DNA from: Candidatus Hydrogenedentota bacterium
GTDB lineage: Bacteria; Hydrogenedentota; Hydrogenedentia; Hydrogenedentales; SLHB01
Direction: 5' to 3'
Assembly: GCA_045863295.1 (NCBI GenBank)
Contig: BTWA01000015.1
Location: 1 to 64,000 of the forward strand
Length of the DNA stretch: 64,000 nucleotides
Shown here: positions 59,406 through 64,000 of the stretch, piece by piece
Layout of the letters: every line of letters begins with the position of its first letter
How positions within the stretch are numbered: the first letter of the stretch is position 1
The notes under the pieces: generated by a model
The model's input: only the letters and a program-made list of their open reading frames with translations
Databases searched by the model: none
Told to the model about the DNA's origin: nothing
Made by a program: the position numbers and the translations under genes

Positions 59406-59693
59406 TTGGTGGTTGCGGTGCCACACCCTATGAGGGCGTAGTTTACAATACCAAGTATTGCGTGTCAAGAGATAAGGTTACTAAATATGGTATACTTGAG
59501 CCCCCTTGGAGGGAGTTGCGGCCCGTCAATTCTGGAGAATGCCCCTCATTTCGCCGCCGACACGCACAGAAAGACTGTTGACATCTGTTATGTTAACACA
59601 TTTTTGCGAAGCGCGTGACCGGAAACCCCTGGCACGTCCCCTTAACGACGACCTAACACGGCGCCGGGATCGTGCCGGATAAACGGGCTGGTG

Positions 59694-60152
59694 TCAAGTA
59701 CCTTGTACCGGGAGTGGTGATTGGCCGTGCGGTAACAGGTACAACATGACGTAAATCACGACCCCTGTTATGGAAACATACATCCAAACCGGCCAGAGCC
59801 AGCGCGTGATGCGCGTATGCCTCGCGTACTGACCTTTCATGGCAAATATTACGGCGGCGATGACAAACGGAGTCATGAGCGCGGCCAAAGGGGTATGCGT
59901 CAAGAGTATGGCGAAATAGATCATTCGCATTGGGCCTTCGCCTTGGTAGCGCACAGAACCCGCATGGTAGTGATAATAGAGGTAACAGGAAAGAAACGTA
60001 GCCGATGCAACCAGAGCCGCGGCCATCAGATAGCGATGCATTTCCGGCCGACCCTTTTTTATGGCAATCCAACCGAGAAGCAGGAATACCGCGGCGAGTC
60101 CGTTCAGGGTTGCATTTACGGTCGGGAGTATGGGCACGTTCACTGGGGCCAA
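59694..60152 (-). CDS. DUF420 (CtaM-like) membrane protein
   Basis: LPTVNATLN, H..M, FLSCYLYYH, ILLTH, WMYVSITGVVIY. Confidence 0.88.
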   Translation of the reverse strand: MAPVNVPILPTVNATLNGLAAVFLLLGWIAIKKGRPEMHRYLMAAALVASATFLSCYLYYHYHAGSVRYQGEGPMRMIYFAILLTHTPLAALMTPFVIAAVIFAMKGQYARHTRITRWLWPVWMYVSITGVVIYVMLYLLPHGQSPLPVQGT

Positions 60153-60754
60153 TCCTGAATTAGCAGGTTTATGTCAGCGGTCAGGAGCGGTATGGACTGG
60201 TCTTCCACTCCAGAGTATAGAGAGCGCAAGTTGCCTTGGCTGTCCACGAGTAAGAAACGCTGGGTATGGGCCATGGGCGTTTCCGGCACGCCGACTTTGA
60301 AGCCTTGCTCGCCCATGAGTCGATCCAGTTCCGCCTTTGGCCCGGTGAGAAAGTGCCACCGGGAGGTGTCTGCCTGATATCGCTCGGCATACTGGGAAAG
60401 GACATCGGGATTATCGACGTCCGGGTCGGTGGTGATTGAAACGAAATGGACTCTGGAGTCGTTCTCAAATGCCTTGTACAATTTTTTGAAGTTCGACGCC
60501 ATGACGGGGCAGGCACCTTCGCACGACGTGAGAAAGAAGTCGACGACCCAGATCTTGCCCTTGAGCGATTCGGAGTCAAATGGCACCCCACCGGGTCCGG
60601 TTAGGGTGAAATTGGGTGCTTGCCAAAGCACTGGAAGTTGGGGCTCTTCAAACGTCTGCGTTTTCCCCAATCCCCGTTGCGCGAAATAGGGCGTCAGGCC
60701 GAGTCCAAGACAAAGCAGTGCAAGTACGACAACGAGACCGGTACGACGGGACAT
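60140..60754 (-). CDS. SCO family copper chaperone
   Basis: N-terminal TM; FFLTSCEGACP (CxxxC); SITTDPDVD; WHFLTG; conserved His in AHTQ. Confidence 0.9.
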   Translation of the reverse strand: MSRRTGLVVVLALLCLGLGLTPYFAQRGLGKTQTFEEPQLPVLWQAPNFTLTGPGGVPFDSESLKGKIWVVDFFLTSCEGACPVMASNFKKLYKAFENDSRVHFVSITTDPDVDNPDVLSQYAERYQADTSRWHFLTGPKAELDRLMGEQGFKVGVPETPMAHTQRFLLVDSQGNLRSLYSGVEDQSIPLLTADINLLIQDWPQ

Positions 60755-60757
60755 ACG

Positions 60758-61693
60758 TTACAGGGCTCCCACCCATGAAAAGCTGGACAAACTGAAGTCC
60801 AACACGATAAGACCCAGAAGCGCAGGCAGGTACATAACGGATACCTTCAGAACGCGCCGTGCGCCGGCATGGGTACCGGTGCGCATGAGGGAATAGCTTG
60901 CGGACAGAAACCACAAACCGAGTGCCACAGCGCCGGCCGCATAAAGCGGTCCGGAGAGGTGGATTACCGCGGGAATCAACGAAATGGGAATCAGCAGGGC
61001 GGCAAAGAAGACGGTTTGACGGAAGGTGCGGCGGCCAGTAGGGTCTTCACAAGGCAACATTTTAAATCCGGCCTCTGCATAGTCCTCCCTGAAGAGCCAG
61101 GCAATGGAATAGAAGTGCGGCATCTGCCATATGAAAAGGATTGCGAAAAGCGCCCACGCACCGGGATCCAGGTGGCCGGTGGCGGCCGTCCACCCTCCCA
61201 TGGGCGGAAGTGCGCCGGGTACGGCGCCGATGAGTGTATTCAGCCATGAATACCGCTTCATGGGGGTGTAGACCAACACGTACAGAAAGGTGGTCAGTAA
61301 GGCGAGAAACGCTGTGAGGGCGTTGATTTTGATGAGAAGTACAAAAGTTCCCCCCAGCACCAAGTATTCGCCGAAAAGCAGGGCATGGATTGGGGAGATG
61401 GCGCCAGAGGGTATCGGGCGGTTCTTCGTCCGGCGCATTTTGGCGTCGAATTCCCGTTCGAGATATTGGTTAAGGACGCCCGCTCCGCTCGAGGTCATGG
61501 ACACGCCAAGCAGCAGGAAGAAGAGACCTTCCAAGGAATGCAGTCCCATGCCGCCGAGGAAATAGCCCAAGCCCGCCGTAATCAAGACCATGGTGACGAT
61601 TCTGGGTTTGGTCATTTCCATGTACGCCCGGAATGGAATGCTCTTCAGCCGGAGCGCCGCTTGTGCAAAAAAGGGGGGTGTTTCGATTGCCAT
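60758..61693 (-). CDS. ctaB: Protoheme IX farnesyltransferase (heme O synthase)
   Basis: TKPRI, LNQYLEREFDAKMRRTKNRPIPSG, YTPMKR, GAVPGALPP, WQMPHF, EDYAEAG. Confidence 0.93.
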   Translation of the reverse strand: MAIETPPFFAQAALRLKSIPFRAYMEMTKPRIVTMVLITAGLGYFLGGMGLHSLEGLFFLLLGVSMTSSGAGVLNQYLEREFDAKMRRTKNRPIPSGAISPIHALLFGEYLVLGGTFVLLIKINALTAFLALLTTFLYVLVYTPMKRYSWLNTLIGAVPGALPPMGGWTAATGHLDPGAWALFAILFIWQMPHFYSIAWLFREDYAEAGFKMLPCEDPTGRRTFRQTVFFAALLIPISLIPAVIHLSGPLYAAGAVALGLWFLSASYSLMRTGTHAGARRVLKVSVMYLPALLGLIVLDFSLSSFSWVGAL

Positions 61694-61839
61694 TGTACCA
61701 GTAAATCTCACCTTGCTTGAGACCCGGCGGACCGGGGTCCGCATCAAATCGTGATATTTAACACGATCTCGGCGAGGATTTCCAGTTTTTGACTGGGGGG
61801 CTCATGTATAGCGGTGCTGGCGGCAGGTGTTCACCACGA

Positions 61840-61903
61840 ATTCCCATTCTAAGCGACCCGCCGCCCTTCAGGTGTGCCTTCCGGGCGGCGGGTAGCTGGG
61901 AAT
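61840..61903. terminator. Extended stem-loop downstream of the mddA-like gene
   Basis: Inner stem ACCCGCCGCCC/GGGCGGCGGGT and outer stem ATTCCCA/TGGGAAT; no adjacent U-tract. Confidence 0.45.
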
Positions 61904-61920
61904 GTAGCTGAGCGTGGGCG

Positions 61921-62700
61921 CTAGATCGCGGCAGACTCGTCGGCCAGCGCTTCTTTGCCAGCCAGCTTTGTTCGCTTGGCCTTGGGTATGAGCATTGGTG
62001 TCGCTTTCCGGTACTCAACATAGTCTTGGCCGTGGAACGTTACGAGATCCTTCTCTTCGAACTGTATCGCGATGAGGATATATGCCGTTGTCATCACCGC
62101 GAAAATCAGATGTGCGAGAGTCATGGTTGGAGTTGCCCAAAACGCCATGAGCCAGCCTACGTATAGGGGGTGCCGCACGTGCCTATAGGGTCCCGGCGTC
62201 TTGAATGCCAAGGGGGTATAGGGCTTGCCCATCAGGAACAGCGTGACTTGCCTCAGTCCAAATAGATCGAAATGGTTAATTAGAAAGGTCGTGGCCAAGA
62301 CAATCAGCCAACCCGCGGCAAACAGCGTGTGCAGGATGGCCCTGAGGGTGGGTTCCTCGATTTCCCACACAACACCTCCCATGGGTTCCCAGAAGGCGAA
62401 TAGAAGAAACAGCGCCAGGCTTGAAAAGAGAGTGTAGGTGCTCCGTTCTGCCGATTCCGGGATGATTCGGGTCCACCACTTCTTAAACGAGGGTCTTGCC
62501 ATCACGCTGTGCTGAAGTGCAAAGACGCTAAGCAACCCCGCATTGACAATCAAGGCGTATTCCAATGGCGAATCAGGTCGCCCGTCTATGGACTTGGGTA
62601 CGGCGACGTTTCCAATGAAACCAATGGCGTAGAGAAAGCAGATGAGAAAGACGGCGTAACTGAAGACGCCATAGGCAAAGACAAGTATACGTGCTACCAT
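61921..62700 (-). CDS. mddA: Methanethiol S-methyltransferase (MddA-like, ICMT/NnrU family)
   Basis: AAGGAGG RBS; YAIGFIGN, VPKSIDG, FALQHSVMARP, ERSTY, INHFDLFGLRQV, YRHVRHPLYVG, EEKDL. Confidence 0.85.
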   Translation of the reverse strand: MVARILVFAYGVFSYAVFLICFLYAIGFIGNVAVPKSIDGRPDSPLEYALIVNAGLLSVFALQHSVMARPSFKKWWTRIIPESAERSTYTLFSSLALFLLFAFWEPMGGVVWEIEEPTLRAILHTLFAAGWLIVLATTFLINHFDLFGLRQVTLFLMGKPYTPLAFKTPGPYRHVRHPLYVGWLMAFWATPTMTLAHLIFAVMTTAYILIAIQFEEKDLVTFHGQDYVEYRKATPMLIPKAKRTKLAGKEALADESAAI

Positions 62701-62953
62701 TTTTGGGGGGCCTCCTTTGGTTTCTTGATGGTGTTCCAGAACATACGATCGAGGCAGGAACAGAGGGCGAACAGAGGGCCATTTCCGGGATTCCTGTGAC
62801 ATTCCGCCTGTTCAATTGATTTGTGAACGGCGGTGATGCCCTGCTGTCCGTCATGTTGTTCTGCCTGTTTCGGCGTTTCTTTCACCTCAATCCTTCCTCT
62901 TTTTGTGTTCTTGGCGGCTACTGTTCGTATTAGCCGCGCCAAAAGAACAGAGG

Positions 62954-62969
62954 GCAAGTGGGATGCCAA
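62954..62969 (-). promoter_or_regulatory. Sigma-54 (-24/-12) promoter
   Basis: Minus strand TTGGCATCCCACTTGC with exact GG-N10-GC spacing. Confidence 0.75.
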
Positions 62970-63046
62970 TTGGAGGAACGAAGCACAACCTGTTGAATAC
63001 CATCGTGTTGGGAAAAATTGGCCAAAAATCTACGAGTCGTGAAGAT

Positions 63047-63093
63047 TCGCAATTTGCGAGATTTCGCGACTCCTTCTTGCGAAAAGATGCGAA
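63047..63093. promoter_or_regulatory. Candidate enhancer (UAS) for the sigma-54 activator
   Basis: Palindrome TCGCAATTTGCGA (63047-59) plus further (T)GCGA half-sites, about 80-125 bp upstream of -24. Confidence 0.45.
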
Positions 63094-63135
63094 CACAAAC
63101 CGTGTTTTGGACGTGAGGCGCTTTTTGAGTAGAGA

Positions 63136-64000
63136 TTACCGCGGGCGCTTGATGCCGAGGATTTTCATGCGTGAGGCCAACGTAGAAGCATTCATCCCCA
63201 GGAGCGCCGCAGCTCCAGCGGGACCGGATACTTTCCAGTTCGCGGATTCAAGTGCTGCGACGATGTTTGCACGCTCAAGGCGTTGCAAATCTTCGGCTGT
63301 GAGAATGACACCGGATTGACTCTTTGCCTCATTCGAAATCCAGGAATGTGGAATGACATCGGGTAAGGCGCGATCGAGATCCAAGCTTTCTCCGGTTGCA
63401 GTGATGAGTGCGCGTTCAATCACGTTTTCCAGTTCACGGACATTCCCGGGCCATGGATAGGCCATGAGGCGGGCGCGCGCGGCGTTGTCGAATCTGGGTT
63501 GTTTGCGTCCGATACGTAATGCGGCGCGTCTCGCAAATGCCTCTGCCAAAAGGAGAATGTCCTCTCCCCTTTCACGCAATGGCGGTATATGGATGGGAAA
63601 TACATGGAGCCGGTAATACAAGTCTTCGCGAAATATGCCCTGCTTCGAAGCCAATTTAAGGTCGCGATTGGTGGCGGCGATAACCCGCACGTCTACGCGC
63701 CGTGTTTTTGAAGAGCCTACCGATTCGAACTCGCCTTCCTGCAGAACGCGCAGGAGTTTTGCCTGTAGATCAAGGGGCAACTCGCCCACTTCGTCCAGAA
63801 ATATGGTACCTCCATGTGCGAGGGCAAATCGTCCTTCACGCTTTTCCGTAGCTCCAGTGAAGGCGCCTTTTTCGTGCCCAAAGAATTCGCTTTCCATGAG
63901 GGTGGCGGGGATCGCGGCGCAGTTTACTTTGATCAGCGGCATATCGCTTCTGCGGCTGGCTTCATGTATCGCACGGGCAAAGCGTTCTTTTCCGGTTCCA
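63136..64000 (-). CDS. Sigma-54-dependent Fis-family activator (5' end outside the window)
   Basis: TGKE at the window edge, [33 protein letters not shown]-terminal [14 protein letters not shown]. Confidence 0.92.
   Translation of the reverse strand, partial: GTGKERFARAIHEASRRSDMPLIKVNCAAIPATLMESEFFGHEKGAFTGATEKREGRFALAHGGTIFLDEVGELPLDLQAKLLRVLQEGEFESVGSSKTRRVDVRVIAATNRDLKLASKQGIFREDLYYRLHVFPIHIPPLRERGEDILLLAEAFARRAALRIGRKQPRFDNAARARLMAYPWPGNVRELENVIERALITATGESLDLDRALPDVIPHSWISNEAKSQSGVILTAEDLQRLERANIVAALESANWKVSGPAGAAALLGMNASTLASRMKILGIKRPR

Noticed and set aside
1..64000. CRISPR arrays, tRNA/rRNA genes, intact transposases or prophage
   Set aside because: No regularly spaced repeats, cloverleaf motifs, integrase/transposase or phage ORFs recognised by eye; a covariance-model scan was not possible

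Overview
GC-rich bacterial chromosomal segment with about 50 genes. The gene content (planctomycete-type cytochrome c/DUF1501 pair, many exported glycosidases, Tat Gfo/Idh/MocA, TlpA) suggests a PVC-like or Candidatus Hydrogenedentes-like organism; this is inference only. No rRNA, tRNA, CRISPR array or intact mobile element was recognised. 0.3-25 kb: carbohydrate uptake and degradation genes (SSS symporter, GH5-like, GH36, GH106-like, beta-helix), PSCyt/DUF1501, and a cluster with two paralogous uncharacterised membrane proteins, ThuA, a cytochrome c-PQQ dehydrogenase and an exported FAH-fold protein. 25-34 kb: TlpA fusion, tatA, a HEAT protein with an atypical sigma-54 activator, a decayed defence islet (REP-like element, DUF429, hsdS and GxxExxY remnants) that coincides with a GC-skew flip, then DJ-1 and tpx. 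34-49 kb: an ECF sigma module, PHP/amidohydrolase, pectate lyase, a CHASE3 phosphorelay and carbonic anhydrase. 49-64 kb: nrdR with a near-consensus promoter and NrdR boxes, followed by an uninterrupted NrdD-like ORF that lacks the catalytic cysteines and the glycyl-radical domain (best novel candidate), then a DnaA-box cluster, a PilT-like ATPase, an MltD-like LysM enzyme, ctaB-sco-DUF420, and an mddA-like gene behind a sigma-54 promoter with an adjacent activator. All family calls come from motif recognition by eye; no database search was run.
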